A stretch of 64,000 nt of DNA from a virus (taxonomy: Duplodnaviria > Caudoviricetes). The stretch is from positions 2,278 through 66,277 of IMG/VR virus record IMGVR_UViG_3300012890_000001. The stretch is one strand, 5' to 3'. Position 1 is the stretch's first letter. Every line of letters starts with the position of its first letter. A model generated the notes under the pieces. The model was not told the DNA's origin. It worked only from the letters and a program-made list of their open reading frames with translations, and did no database searches. The position numbers and the translations under genes are program-made. This document shows positions 19,761 to 30,006 of the stretch, piece after piece.

Positions 19761-21731
19761 ATGACCGCCCCGGCCCGCCCGAACGTCTTCACCACCGACG
19801 CGCCGACCGTGGAGCAGTTCAACGGCCTGAACGCCGCACTGGAGGCGCAGTTCTTCAGTAACGCCCTGGCGGCCGACGCGGCAAATCAAGTGGTGGGCAC
19901 CGTGCCTACCCTGGTCACGGCGCAGGTCACGCCCGCCCTGGTGCCGCTCCAGAATGCCATCGCCAACGCCCTGAACGCCCAAGCGACCGATCCAAAGTTC
20001 GTCAGCCGCACGACTGACATGCCGGTGACTCCGACCAACACCGACCTCACCACCTATCCCGGCAACATCGTCGGCAGTCACCTGAACAGCAGTGGGGCCA
20101 TTCAGCCGACGCTCTGGAACCGCACGAACGCCGTGTGGGCCGATGTGGGCCAGCCGGGGGCGACACTGGCCGACACCAACGCTGCGGCGGCCCTCGCTAC
20201 GCAGGTCGGCGTGGGTACGCTGACCCTCGGCACGCCCGCCGCCCTGAGCGCCTGGGACCGCAAGGGCGCCCTATACGCCTTTGCCGATGCGTTCCGCTGG
20301 GCGTGGCAGGCGAGCGGAACCCCGAACGGCGGGACCGTCATCGCCGCGCTCAACGGCGGTGTGTGGTCGCGGGAACTGCTGGGGGCACCGATTGAAGCGG
20401 CCATGTTCGGCTTCTCCCCCCTGGCAAGTGCGGTGGCCAACACGGTCGCCCTGAACGCGGCCATGAGCGCGGCCAACGCCAGGGGTGGCGGCGAGGTGCA
20501 CATCGGACCTGGGCAGTACGAACTGACCAACCCCGGCATTCGGCTGTATCCGAACGTAACGGTTCGGGGGTGTGGCCGAAATACCATCCTGCACACCTAC
20601 GAAGATGTGCAGGTGTTCTACAACGTCCCGAGCGGATCGGTGGGTGACTTCGGCATCGTCATCTCCGACATGGATATTCGCCGTGACACACCACAGGCCA
20701 ACACCGCGACGTACGAAATCACGATCACGGACGGCATCAACTTCAAAGCTGAGAACGTCGAGGTGTACAGCACCGACAGCATCACGCGCACGGGCCTTTC
20801 CGGGATCGCCTGCCTTGCCACCGGCACACGAACGGCCTTCATGTCACAGATTGTCCGCTGCTGGATGCGGTCTGGCAGCATCCTGATGCAGACCACCGAC
20901 AGCCGGATCGAAGGCTGCTACGTGTGGGGGTTGCTCCGGCAGTTCGCCATCAAAAACGACACGGCAACGCTCAGCATCAACAACACCGATTACATCGCCT
21001 CTCCCGATAAAGGCGGCATCTGGTGTACCACGAACAGCTCCGAGATGCAGATGGACGACGATTGCCGCTGCGACGGCAGCTACGACGGCGTTCAGTCAGG
21101 CATCGGAGTCAATATCGAGGGCGGGCAGTCGCACAATGTCGGCGGCCACTTCTACCTGGCGTTCGGCTCTGCCATCAACGCGTTTCAGACCACTGGGCTG
21201 CTCATCAGGCCCGGAACGTACCGCAACGGGGGCCGGATCAACGACCCGAACCAGACAACCGGCGTCCCGCACCTCAACTATGGCGTCCCGGATATCGTGC
21301 TCGATGGCTGCACCGACTGCGTTGTGCATGTCGGAACGCACATCATCACAACTGCGCGCACCATCAACGGGCCTGTCGTTCAGGAAATCAACGGCAGCGA
21401 TAGGAATGTGATTGTGGACGGCAGCTATCGAGGGAACTACTCGCAGTTCTTTATCAGAACAGGTGCCAGCACAGTGCTAGAGAGCTTGATGTCTCCGAAT
21501 GGACGGGTGGACATGCAAAGCGGCACCGCGACGATCCCCGCGAATGCAACGTTCATCACCGTCCCTCACATCTTAGGCGTCATTCCGAGACGGGTGACAG
21601 TTACTCCGACGAGTGGACTCGGGGCAGCCAAATCGTTCTGGAGAAGCACCACTGATCAATACAATGTGGGTATTCGGGTGGACGCCGCGCCCGGGCAGGC
21701 CGTGACCTTCGACTGGCAGGTATTCGCATGA
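19761..21731 (+). CDS. Tailspike 1, pectate-lyase-like beta-helix
   Basis: NTVALNAA...GGGEVHIGPGQY...LYPNVTVRGCG..TIL N-cap motif. Confidence 0.82.
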   Translation: MTAPARPNVFTTDAPTVEQFNGLNAALEAQFFSNALAADAANQVVGTVPTLVTAQVTPALVPLQNAIANALNAQATDPKFVSRTTDMPVTPTNTDLTTYPGNIVGSHLNSSGAIQPTLWNRTNAVWADVGQPGATLADTNAAAALATQVGVGTLTLGTPAALSAWDRKGALYAFADAFRWAWQASGTPNGGTVIAALNGGVWSRELLGAPIEAAMFGFSPLASAVANTVALNAAMSAANARGGGEVHIGPGQYELTNPGIRLYPNVTVRGCGRNTILHTYEDVQVFYNVPSGSVGDFGIVISDMDIRRDTPQANTATYEITITDGINFKAENVEVYSTDSITRTGLSGIACLATGTRTAFMSQIVRCWMRSGSILMQTTDSRIEGCYVWGLLRQFAIKNDTATLSINNTDYIASPDKGGIWCTTNSSEMQMDDDCRCDGSYDGVQSGIGVNIEGGQSHNVGGHFYLAFGSAINAFQTTGLLIRPGTYRNGGRINDPNQTTGVPHLNYGVPDIVLDGCTDCVVHVGTHIITTARTINGPVVQEINGSDRNVIVDGSYRGNYSQFFIRTGASTVLESLMSPNGRVDMQSGTATIPANATFITVPHILGVIPRRVTVTPTSGLGAAKSFWRSTTDQYNVGIRVDAAPGQAVTFDWQVFA

Positions 21732-21741
21732 CCGCCTTCTC

Positions 21742-21764
21742 GCCCCGCTTCGGCGGGGTTTGTT
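21742..21764 (+). terminator. Intrinsic terminator-like hairpin
   Basis: CCCCGC-TTCG-GCGGGG-TTTGTT. Confidence 0.6.
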
Positions 21765-21780
21765 CTGCTCTGGAGAGACC

Positions 21781-22320
21781 ATGACCACCACGCTCGACAT
21801 CCTGCCCCGCGTGCAGCTCTACGCGGCCACCACCGCTGGCGGGCCGAAGACCGAAGTGCTCCTCTCCCAGCTCGGCGGGGGCGGCGGCAACGTCGATTTC
21901 ACCGTCACCAACGGCAAGCTGGACACGCTCGGCACCTATCTGGACGGCGTGGAAAGCAAGCTGGACGCCGTTACAACCGCCCTGGGGCTTCTGGCGAAGA
22001 AGACCGACACGGTCATCACCCGCACCAACTTCCCCACCTCCACCCTGACCGGGCAGACGCTGCCCGTCAGCAGCACGGTGGTTGCCCTGACCGTCCCCGG
22101 AACCGCCACTTACGCGGAAATCGAAGTGGTGAGTGGGGCGACGAGCGGGGCGGCCGTGCGGTGGTCAAAGTCCTCCAACATCACGGCAGGACCAACAACG
22201 CGCTCACTGGCCATTGGCGACGTGCTGAAGCTGCGGGGCGCGGAGATGGTGGCCTTCCGTGCCATCCGCGATCAGGCTACGGACGCTTCACTCCACGTCG
22301 AGTACGGTGTGGACGCATGA
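21781..22320 (+). CDS. Virion protein, putative tailspike adaptor A
   Basis: GGAGAG RBS; short coiled coil plus C-terminal beta domain similar to 27895-28356. Confidence 0.6.
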   Translation: MTTTLDILPRVQLYAATTAGGPKTEVLLSQLGGGGGNVDFTVTNGKLDTLGTYLDGVESKLDAVTTALGLLAKKTDTVITRTNFPTSTLTGQTLPVSSTVVALTVPGTATYAEIEVVSGATSGAAVRWSKSSNITAGPTTRSLAIGDVLKLRGAEMVAFRAIRDQATDASLHVEYGVDA

Positions 22321-24896
22321 GCGAGGTGAGCCGGAAGAAGGTCAGCGCCACCCTGTTACCAATCGGCGGGCTGGTCCCCTCGTTCGACACGGTGAATCGC
22401 CGCATCGTCCTGACCTTTGCGCAGACGGGCGTCCTGACCACCGGGATCACGGTTGAGATGAAAACCCTCACCGACGAGACCGAGACGGACGCCAACCATC
22501 CCTACCTCTGGCAGCTGTTGACGAAACGCCCGATCAGTCCGGCCAGTGTCAACTACTTCGTGCGGGACGTGCACGAGCTGGAAACCTACACCTTCCGACT
22601 GAGTACCCTCGACCCGCTGGGGAATCGGAGCGCTTACACCACAGTGACGCTCACGACACCGCAGTTCGCGCCGCAGAACCACCTGAGCCTCTGGAGCGAG
22701 GACTTCTCGCAGACCTCGCAGGGCATCTGGGCACTGGATTCTGGCGTGACCATAGCAGCCGCCAGCGGAGGCGGGCAGCTGATCACGCTTGGCGCGGCCA
22801 ACAAAGCCGTCACGCAGGCCGTGCCGTCCGACCCATTGGGCAGTAAGACCTACACGCTTAGAACGATGGTACGGGCAGCGGTGGCGGGGGATGTGGGCAA
22901 GACCATCAACGTCTTCCTGAACAGCCCGAACGACGGGGGTGGCACGAACAACAAGCTGATCGCGCTCACGGCGTCCGATCAGGTAGTTGACCACGAGGTC
23001 ACGTTCGGGTCCGGATTCAGCGGACGCTACGTGAATATCGGTATCAGCAGCGGCAACAGCGCAAGTGCCACGCAGGTCATTGCCACACGGCAACAGCTGC
23101 ACGCCGGAGCCGCTGCGAGTGCCCCGGCCTACGAGAAGACCTCGGGCATCGGTAGCACCTGGCAGCAGGCCTGCTACATGGACAACGGGCGCTGGTGGTA
23201 TGCCCTCGCGTCCACCGGCTACGGTGGCTGGCACCGGAGCATGGTCAACGGCGTGCACGTCATCCACATGGCCGGCAACGCCCCCGGCACGCTCAACCTC
23301 CAAGCCGCCCGGACAGTCAGCCGCTCCGGCGACCACATCAAGTTCGAGTACGCCGGCAGTTACCGCCTGATCTGCAACAACCACCGCGCCCGAGGCCTGC
23401 ATCCCCTGGCAAACAACCTCACGCGGGGCCGCTTCGTCAACGGGGATTTCCTCTACCGGTTCGAGGTCACGAACTCCTGGATTGACCACACCAGCGGCAA
23501 CTCGACCCAGTATTTCCTCGGCACGGGCGGCACCGATACGGTGAAGCTCCTGAGCAACCGGATCATGGACACCGACGGGCGGCGCACCACAGCGGCCGGT
23601 GGATACGTGCTGAGCCCGTACAGCGACCTCCAGAACCTCCCGGGCGGGCAAGTGGTCGGGTACACCGCTGTGAGCAACTTGCGCTGCGGTGGCCTGAGCA
23701 ACGCCAACAAGTACCTCGACGGCATGGAGATCGCATACAACGAGCTGTTCCAACGCCCTGGGTTCGGCCGGGTGGAGGACGCCTGGAATCTCAGCGGCTT
23801 CTCCGGCACAGCTGCCAGCCCGATCCGCGTTCACCACAATTTGGTTCAGCGCCTTGCATGGGACTTCCGCTGGTTTGCCGATGCCAACCGCCTGAGCCGC
23901 ACCTACAGCACTGGGCGGATCGGCGACCCGGGCGACAGTTGGTACAACGACAGCAGCCTGTATGACAGCGGGACTGGCGGCATCCCGGTAGACAGCAGCC
24001 TGCACGAGTGGGATTTCAACAGGAACGGGAAAAACATCCTGGTCTACTCCAATGTGCTGCTCGGGGTCGGCTCGATCATCAGCCTGCTGGACGGGCGGAA
24101 CGTACTGGTTCGGAACAACCGCCACATCGCGTCCGGGAATCTCCCTGGCCTGAGCGTACCCGTGGTCGGTGGCGGACGTGTGGGCGGCGTGCAGACCACG
24201 CGCTACCGCCAGGGGCAGGTGACACTGACGGCAAACGCAGCGGCCAATGCCACCAGCCTCGCGCTGACCTCGGACCTCACCGATGCCTTCTGGTCGGCGA
24301 CCGCCTACAAACAGTTTCAATTCTCGAACGGCGTGCAATTTAACTTCGGTTACAACGGCACCAAACCCAGCGCCACGTCGGCCAGCATCTACAACGTGCA
24401 GGGCAATGTGCCGGTAGGCAGCACGGCGGTCATCGCCACTGGCATGTGCTACGCCACCATCACGGTCACGGGCACGGCGCTGACCAGCTCAAGTAGCACC
24501 ATGACCTACAGTTCGGTCATTACCAGCGGATACCGCTCCGGCGGCTTCATCGTCTTCACCAACGGGGTAACGGCAACCCTCACCGCCGATACCGTTTTTG
24601 CTGACAGCAACACCCTGACCGTCTCTGCACTCTCGGGCGCAGTTCCCAGTGGCGCCAAGGGCGACTACTTTGATGGCTACTTCAGTGGCAATGCCGTCGC
24701 TGAGGGTGAGTTCCGCGTCCCGATGCCCCTGGCCTACCTGACGGGTCCGATCTCCTCCGGTGCACTGGACGCCACGACGAGCCGAGACAACCTGACCCCC
24801 GGCGCCAGCACCTACGCCGACGAACTGAACGCCTACGCCGATTGGCAGGCACTGATGATGGCCTTCGGCAAGGTCGCTGGCCCACTCGTCGCCTGA
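22317..24896 (+). CDS. Tailspike/receptor-binding protein 2
   Basis: ATGA overlap; FN3-like start (YTFRLSTLDPLGNRS), N.L.WSEDF carbohydrate-binding-like domain, beta-helix-like repeats (IRVHHNLV, ILVYSNVL, VLVRNNR). Confidence 0.7.
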   Translation: MSEVSRKKVSATLLPIGGLVPSFDTVNRRIVLTFAQTGVLTTGITVEMKTLTDETETDANHPYLWQLLTKRPISPASVNYFVRDVHELETYTFRLSTLDPLGNRSAYTTVTLTTPQFAPQNHLSLWSEDFSQTSQGIWALDSGVTIAAASGGGQLITLGAANKAVTQAVPSDPLGSKTYTLRTMVRAAVAGDVGKTINVFLNSPNDGGGTNNKLIALTASDQVVDHEVTFGSGFSGRYVNIGISSGNSASATQVIATRQQLHAGAAASAPAYEKTSGIGSTWQQACYMDNGRWWYALASTGYGGWHRSMVNGVHVIHMAGNAPGTLNLQAARTVSRSGDHIKFEYAGSYRLICNNHRARGLHPLANNLTRGRFVNGDFLYRFEVTNSWIDHTSGNSTQYFLGTGGTDTVKLLSNRIMDTDGRRTTAAGGYVLSPYSDLQNLPGGQVVGYTAVSNLRCGGLSNANKYLDGMEIAYNELFQRPGFGRVEDAWNLSGFSGTAASPIRVHHNLVQRLAWDFRWFADANRLSRTYSTGRIGDPGDSWYNDSSLYDSGTGGIPVDSSLHEWDFNRNGKNILVYSNVLLGVGSIISLLDGRNVLVRNNRHIASGNLPGLSVPVVGGGRVGGVQTTRYRQGQVTLTANAAANATSLALTSDLTDAFWSATAYKQFQFSNGVQFNFGYNGTKPSATSASIYNVQGNVPVGSTAVIATGMCYATITVTGTALTSSSSTMTYSSVITSGYRSGGFIVFTNGVTATLTADTVFADSNTLTVSALSGAVPSGAKGDYFDGYFSGNAVAEGEFRVPMPLAYLTGPISSGALDATTSRDNLTPGASTYADELNAYADWQALMMAFGKVAGPLVA

Positions 24897-24963
24897 GCCC
24901 CACAGCATCAACCCCCGCAGTGCGCCTGCGGGGGTGAGTCATCTTACGCGCCCGGAGACGGCT

Positions 24964-25335
24964 ATGAAATACCTCTTGCTTCTCGCCCTGCTGTCCGGGG
25001 CCTCCTCCGCCGTCACGTCCACCGCAACCTCCCCCTCGATCTGCCACGTGGTCGCCACTTGGCGCCCCCTCGCCTGGTCGGAGCGCATCAGCGGCGACCC
25101 CACACAGGCCTTCCGTGCCGTGACTCTGAGAGCCACCACATGCCCACCCCCCGCCCAGGCCCGAATCATCTTCAGCACCGAGACGGGCCGGCGCCCGGTG
25201 GTGGACTCGATCTTCCTCGGGGCCGGCGCCCCTCTGAACGTCGTGCTCTCCGGCGTGCCCTGGTGGTGGGAGCCGGAGTTCCTCAGCGCCTCCGGGAAGG
25301 CCGCCTATCCAATCCCCTACACCAGAGAACCATGA
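24964..25335 (+). CDS. Small secreted protein
   Basis: Signal peptide MKYLLLLALLSGASSA; GGAG RBS. Confidence 0.65.
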   Translation: MKYLLLLALLSGASSAVTSTATSPSICHVVATWRPLAWSERISGDPTQAFRAVTLRATTCPPPAQARIIFSTETGRRPVVDSIFLGAGAPLNVVLSGVPWWWEPEFLSASGKAAYPIPYTREP

Positions 25336-25344
25336 GGTACACCA

Positions 25345-25749
25345 ATGCAAGAAAAGCTCGTCTTCGCCGCCGCCTTGACCGCCAGCACCGGGGGGATGCT
25401 GGCCGGCGCCGACTGGGGGGCCATCGCTTGGGCAGCCTCCTGGGCGGCGCTGATCTCGTTCGCCCAGACCAAGAAGGACCGGGACGCCCAGGCACTCGCA
25501 GGGCTAAAACTCACGCCGATCTCGGCCATTCTCCCCGAGGTCATCCTCGGTACCGCACTCGGTCTCGGTCTCTCCCTGGGCGGCCCGGAAATCTGGCCGG
25601 CCGTGCTGGGCAACTTGGCCGCCGTGACGATGCTGGCGATGCTCGGCGGGTACATGGGCGGCCCTGGCTGGGCCTTCCTGGGGCAGCTCTCCATGCGGTA
25701 CGTCAGCAAGCGTTCGGGGGTGAGTGACGATGGCGACAAAGCAGGTTAA
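25345..25749 (+). CDS. Holin-like membrane protein
   Basis: Several hydrophobic helices, charged C-terminus, upstream of endolysin. Confidence 0.6.
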   Translation: MQEKLVFAAALTASTGGMLAGADWGAIAWAASWAALISFAQTKKDRDAQALAGLKLTPISAILPEVILGTALGLGLSLGGPEIWPAVLGNLAAVTMLAMLGGYMGGPGWAFLGQLSMRYVSKRSGVSDDGDKAG

Positions 25750-26227
25750 GGACTTCATGCGGGTGCAGGCGCCGCTCTGGAAACAACGCTGGCGCTGGTG
25801 GCACACTCTGTTGCTCCTGGCATACGGCGGCATGATCGCCGCCACATTCATTCTCGGCCCGCTGGTAGCCGAATACGGGGAGGCAGAGGTGGCCGGCCGG
25901 GTGTGGTTCGTGCGCCTGCGCCTTGCTGTGATCGGTCTGATCGCCGTGAGCGTGTTTGTGTTCCGGGGCCTGCCCTGGTGGCGCACCACTGGCTACATGC
26001 TCATGGCCTTCGGGATTCTGATGAACATTGCCCGCAACGAGTGGAGTACCAAGAGTCCACTAACCCTGAGCTTCGCCTTCCTACTTTTCGGGCTGGTGGT
26101 CGTAATTCTTGGCGTGGCCTTGCAGCCAAATCACCGGGTGCGGTGTGCGCAGCTGATAGCTGAGAACGACCAACTGCGGAGCGAGATTCACGAGTTGAGA
26201 ACAGCACAACTTGGAGGCAGCCAATGA
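25724..26227 (+). CDS. Multi-pass membrane protein of lysis cassette
   Basis: About 4 TM segments and C-terminal coiled coil. Confidence 0.6.
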   Translation: MTMATKQVKDFMRVQAPLWKQRWRWWHTLLLLAYGGMIAATFILGPLVAEYGEAEVAGRVWFVRLRLAVIGLIAVSVFVFRGLPWWRTTGYMLMAFGILMNIARNEWSTKSPLTLSFAFLLFGLVVVILGVALQPNHRVRCAQLIAENDQLRSEIHELRTAQLGGSQ

Positions 26228-26835
26228 ACATCAACCAGAGACCTGCCAGTCCGCACAACTATCAAAAGGGTCGGGGCGGCCATATCCCAGTGAAGATCGT
26301 CATCCACGTGGAGGATGGAAGCCGGGAGGGTACTGCCAGCTGGTTCGCCAATCCCGCCAGCAACGTCAGCGCCCACTACGGAGTGAACTCCGACGGAAGC
26401 ATTGACCAGTTTGTGCAGGAGACCGATACGGCTTTTCAGGCCGGCAACTTCGCTGTGAATCAGAGCAGCATCGGCGTAGAGCATGAGGGCCGGCCTGCTG
26501 CTGGCCCGTGGGTGCCCACCAATGAGCAGCTGATTGCCAGCGCCGCGCTTGTGGCCGACATTTGCAAGCGCTATGGGATTCGCCCCGGCCCAGACACGAT
26601 CATCCCTCACAGCAGCATCAACCCTGCCCACCGCTGCCCCGGCCCGACGTGGCCCTGGGCAAAATACCGTCAGATGGTGGCGGACAACCTTGCTCCTCAG
26701 TCACTGCCGGCGCATACCGCAACCCCGGCAGATAAGAGAACCCTCCGGCTGTTTGACCCATCTACGAATGAGCAGATGGGCACGGCGACCTTAATTGTTG
26801 GCACTGACAAGGCATACGTGGTGCCGAAGTCATGA
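26224..26835 (+). CDS. Endolysin, N-acetylmuramoyl-L-alanine amidase (Amidase_2)
   Basis: IVIH, VSAHY, N..SIGVEHEG, HS......CPG motifs. Confidence 0.92.
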   Translation: MNINQRPASPHNYQKGRGGHIPVKIVIHVEDGSREGTASWFANPASNVSAHYGVNSDGSIDQFVQETDTAFQAGNFAVNQSSIGVEHEGRPAAGPWVPTNEQLIASAALVADICKRYGIRPGPDTIIPHSSINPAHRCPGPTWPWAKYRQMVADNLAPQSLPAHTATPADKRTLRLFDPSTNEQMGTATLIVGTDKAYVVPKS

Positions 26836-27031
26836 CAAAGCCAAATCCACTTCTGGAGGTGCTGAGAAAGCAGTTGATCTCTGTCCCTGTCACCCGTGAG
26901 ACCAAGTTCTACCGCGACTCGGAGGGCAACCTGAGAATCCGCATCCCGCCCAGCAAGCAAAACTAGCAGCCCTGCCTTTTGAGCGCCCTGCCACCGTGCG
27001 GGCGCTCTTTCGCATTCCGAAGGAGCAGCAC

Positions 27032-27280
27032 ATGACCAAATACAAGAGCTTACTCGCCAGCAAGACCTTCTGGGCCTCACTGATCGCCGCCCTGGTCGGC
27101 ATTTACAACATCGTTGCCCCCGGTCAGAAGTGGCCCGCCATCCCCAACGAGGTCTTCGCCGTGCTCGGCGCCTTTGGCCTCTGGGGGGTGCGAACTGCTG
27201 ACAGCACCATCCTCACCCCTGGCAAGACCGCGCCCACCGCACCTGACAACGTAGTGCCCTCTAAAGGAGGCTTGGAGTGA
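27032..27280 (+). CDS. Small holin-like protein
   Basis: KSLLASKTFW plus 2 TM segments plus GVRTA; AAGGAG RBS. Confidence 0.7.
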   Translation: MTKYKSLLASKTFWASLIAALVGIYNIVAPGQKWPAIPNEVFAVLGAFGLWGVRTADSTILTPGKTAPTAPDNVVPSKGGLE

Positions 27281-27446
27281 TCTTCACCGACCTGCTCGAC
27301 CGCCTGAAGCGTGGCGTGACCGACCCACACACCCTGACCCTCGTCCTGCAACTCGTCACCGGCCTGTCAGACGGCGACCTGCGCCTACCCGCCGAGACAC
27401 GCTTGGAACTCCAGGCCGAACTCGACAAGCTGACTGGAGGGCTGCT

Positions 27447-27794
27447 GTGAAGCGCCTGCTGATTCTGTCTGTGCTGGCCCTCTCGTCCTGTGCGCCCCTG
27501 TTGAGTGCCGTGCAGGGGGATGACGCCACCCTCACCCGCGATACCGGCAGCGTGGTCTTCACAGCCGGCAAGACGAACGCGGAGGACGTGGCCGTATACC
27601 TCTCTGGCCCGGGACTGACCGTCAGTGGCGAAGGGGTCGCATGCAAGGTCGTGTCCTCTGGCATTGGCTGCGCCCTGGGCACTGTCCCGGCCGGCAAGCG
27701 GTTTCGCTTGATCGTCAATGCCTCGCCCAAGAGTGGCAACGCCTCGTTCTATCGCCCTGGGTCAGCCCGCCCGGTCCTCACCCCACTGCAGTAA
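27447..27794 (+). CDS. Lipoprotein
   Basis: Lipobox LSSC after MKRLLILSVLA; Ig-like CALGTVPAG motif. Confidence 0.75.
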   Translation: MKRLLILSVLALSSCAPLLSAVQGDDATLTRDTGSVVFTAGKTNAEDVAVYLSGPGLTVSGEGVACKVVSSGIGCALGTVPAGKRFRLIVNASPKSGNASFYRPGSARPVLTPLQ

Positions 27795-27849
27795 GGAGCC
27801 CCCGTTCCTCGCCTTGGGGTAACGGACAACACGCGCCGTCTGTTTCTCT

Positions 27850-27877
27850 GCCCGCCTCTCCGGCGGGCTTTTTCTTT
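27850..27877 (+). terminator. Intrinsic terminator
   Basis: GCCCGCC-TCTCC-GGCGGGC-TTTTTCTTT. Confidence 0.75.
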
Positions 27878-27894
27878 GCCTCGAAGGAGCCTCT

Positions 27895-28356
27895 ATGCCC
27901 TACAACCCGAACGACGGCCTGCCCGATAACCAGCCGGCAGACGCCACCGACATCCTCGGCCTCGGCAAGGCCCTCACCTACCTCTTCGACCCGAGCCTGA
28001 GTGGGGTCTCCAAGCTGCGCCCGATGACACCCGCTGACCTGGCCGGGGCTGGCTCCGGCTCTGGGGTGGCCGCCCCCGGCACGGGCACCATCCTCGGCCA
28101 GAGTTCTGGCACCATCGACGCCACCTCCCGGCAACTGCCCAGCGTGCCCGCTGGTAGTGGCTATGCCCGGCTGCAGCTGCACGGGGCCGGCATCTCCGGT
28201 CGGTACGACGGGGCGACCGCCACCAAAGCCGCCGATGAGGAGCTGTACGACGCGGGCGGCACACTCGAGCTGCTGAACGCGGCGGAGATCGCCGGCTTCC
28301 GGTACATCTCTCAGGGCGGCACCGGCAGTTACAGCGTGATCTACAGGAGCAACTGA
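27895..28356 (+). CDS. Virion protein, putative tailspike adaptor B
   Basis: AAGGAG RBS; C-terminal domain similar to 21781-22320. Confidence 0.6.
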   Translation: MPYNPNDGLPDNQPADATDILGLGKALTYLFDPSLSGVSKLRPMTPADLAGAGSGSGVAAPGTGTILGQSSGTIDATSRQLPSVPAGSGYARLQLHGAGISGRYDGATATKAADEELYDAGGTLELLNAAEIAGFRYISQGGTGSYSVIYRSN

Positions 28357-29927
28357 TGCGCTTCACACCGAAGCTCCCTCAGCTCCTGGTGGACGGCAGC
28401 AGGGCCGTCCGGGCGGGGGTCAGTGACAATGCTCCTGCGCTGCAGGCCCTGGTGGACACCACCGCTGCCGCTGGCGGAGGGCTGATTCAACTCCCGAATG
28501 GCGCTTTCAACTTCCTGTCGGGTGTCAACTGGCGCTCCAAGGTCGGGCTGATCGGCTCCGGCGCCACGGTGCTTCTCCCGCAGGGGCAGTTCAGCGGTGG
28601 TGTGATCCAGCAGCTGTCCAACGGCCCGATCACGGCCGGGCCCACCGCGCTCGCCACCGCTGTCCCGCTGACCGATTGCCTGTTCGAGCGCTTCGAGATC
28701 GACGGCAGCGGGTACACCAACACCACGAGCAGCATCTCCTCGAAGGGCATGTTCATCATCTACATGCAGCGCGCCATCTTCCGGAACCTGTACATCCACC
28801 ACTGCATCGGCACCGGCCTCGGCTGCGACTTCCTCGACGACACCCTGATCGACGGTGTGATCGCGCACAACAACGGACGCCTGTGGAGCACCAGTACCGT
28901 CTTCGGCGGTCAGTCAGGCATCGGCATCGGGACCGGCTGGAAAGGCGTGGAGACCGTCACGATCAGCAACTGTCACACCAACAACAACGGCAACTACGGC
29001 GTGTTCGTGGAGACCCAGGAAGGCACCTCGCAGACCATGTACCCCCGTGGCGCCCGCATGGTCGCCAACTACGCCGAGGCCAACCGGATCGGGTTCGGCA
29101 ACAAGGGGTCGGGCGGGACCACCTTCAGTGCCTGCGAAGCGCAGGCCAACGTGGACGGCTTCGTCCTCAACGGCCTCGCCATTGACGACCTGCTCACCGG
29201 GTGCATCAGTGAGAACAACACCCGGCACGGTCTGTACATCCCCAACCACCAGGGCACCGTGCAGGTGGCCGGGGGGCGCTTCCGGAAGAACACCGGGGTG
29301 GGCATCCGCGCCGACAACCAGGCGAGCATGAAGGGGTTCCACGTGACAGGCGCCCAGGTCAGCCGCAACGGCCTGCAGGGCGTGGTGCTGGGCGGCGGCA
29401 TCGAGAACTACAGTGTCAAGGCCAGCACCGTGCAGGACAACGGGCAGCTCCAGACGAGCGGCTCACGGGCCGGCATCCTCCTGGGCGGCACCATGACTTC
29501 CGGTGAGATCAAGGGCAACCGCATCGGCAACTCCTCGGGTGGCACCACGCAGACCGAACCGGTCGCCGGCAGCAGCCTGACCGGCACGGGGCTCACCATC
29601 AGCAACAACGATCTGCAGGGGAACACCTCCAGCATCGGGACGCTCTTTGCCGGTCTCGGAAATGTCACGGGCGCGACCATCGCCAACAACCCGGGATACA
29701 ACGATCTCGACGCGCCGACCGTGCTGACCGCCGGGGCCTCCCCCTGGGCGTACACCAACGGCCAGAGCCCGTCCCAGCTGTACCTGATCGGGGCGGGCAT
29801 CACCGTCCAGATCGGCACGCAGAACGTCACCAGCGGCGCGAGCAGCGCCCAGCTGACGTTGCCGGCCAACAAGACGGTGACGATCACCTACACCACCATG
29901 ACGGCGGCCAAGGTCATGCGCATCTAA
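28356..29927 (+). CDS. Tailspike 3, right-handed beta-helix
   Basis: DNAPALQAL...GGGLIQLPNGAF...KVGLIGSGATVL; repeated NN..G turns. Confidence 0.82.
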   Translation: MRFTPKLPQLLVDGSRAVRAGVSDNAPALQALVDTTAAAGGGLIQLPNGAFNFLSGVNWRSKVGLIGSGATVLLPQGQFSGGVIQQLSNGPITAGPTALATAVPLTDCLFERFEIDGSGYTNTTSSISSKGMFIIYMQRAIFRNLYIHHCIGTGLGCDFLDDTLIDGVIAHNNGRLWSTSTVFGGQSGIGIGTGWKGVETVTISNCHTNNNGNYGVFVETQEGTSQTMYPRGARMVANYAEANRIGFGNKGSGGTTFSACEAQANVDGFVLNGLAIDDLLTGCISENNTRHGLYIPNHQGTVQVAGGRFRKNTGVGIRADNQASMKGFHVTGAQVSRNGLQGVVLGGGIENYSVKASTVQDNGQLQTSGSRAGILLGGTMTSGEIKGNRIGNSSGGTTQTEPVAGSSLTGTGLTISNNDLQGNTSSIGTLFAGLGNVTGATIANNPGYNDLDAPTVLTAGASPWAYTNGQSPSQLYLIGAGITVQIGTQNVTSGASSAQLTLPANKTVTITYTTMTAAKVMRI

Positions 29928-29961
29928 ACGCGCCGTTCGATGGTTGGCATCCGAAGGACTA

Positions 29962-30006
29962 CGCCCCTGGCCCCGCTTCGTGCGGTGTGCCAGGGGCGGT
30001 TTTTTG
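29962..30006 (+). terminator. Terminator closing the late operon
   Basis: CGCCCCTGGC...GCCAGGGGCG plus T-tract; convergent genes follow. Confidence 0.75.

Noticed and set aside
22356-24338. Long antisense ORFs (also 1302-2561, 15179-16237, 30425-31537, 43172-44509)
   Set aside because: Shadow frames of real genes in high-GC DNA; no motifs or translation signals.
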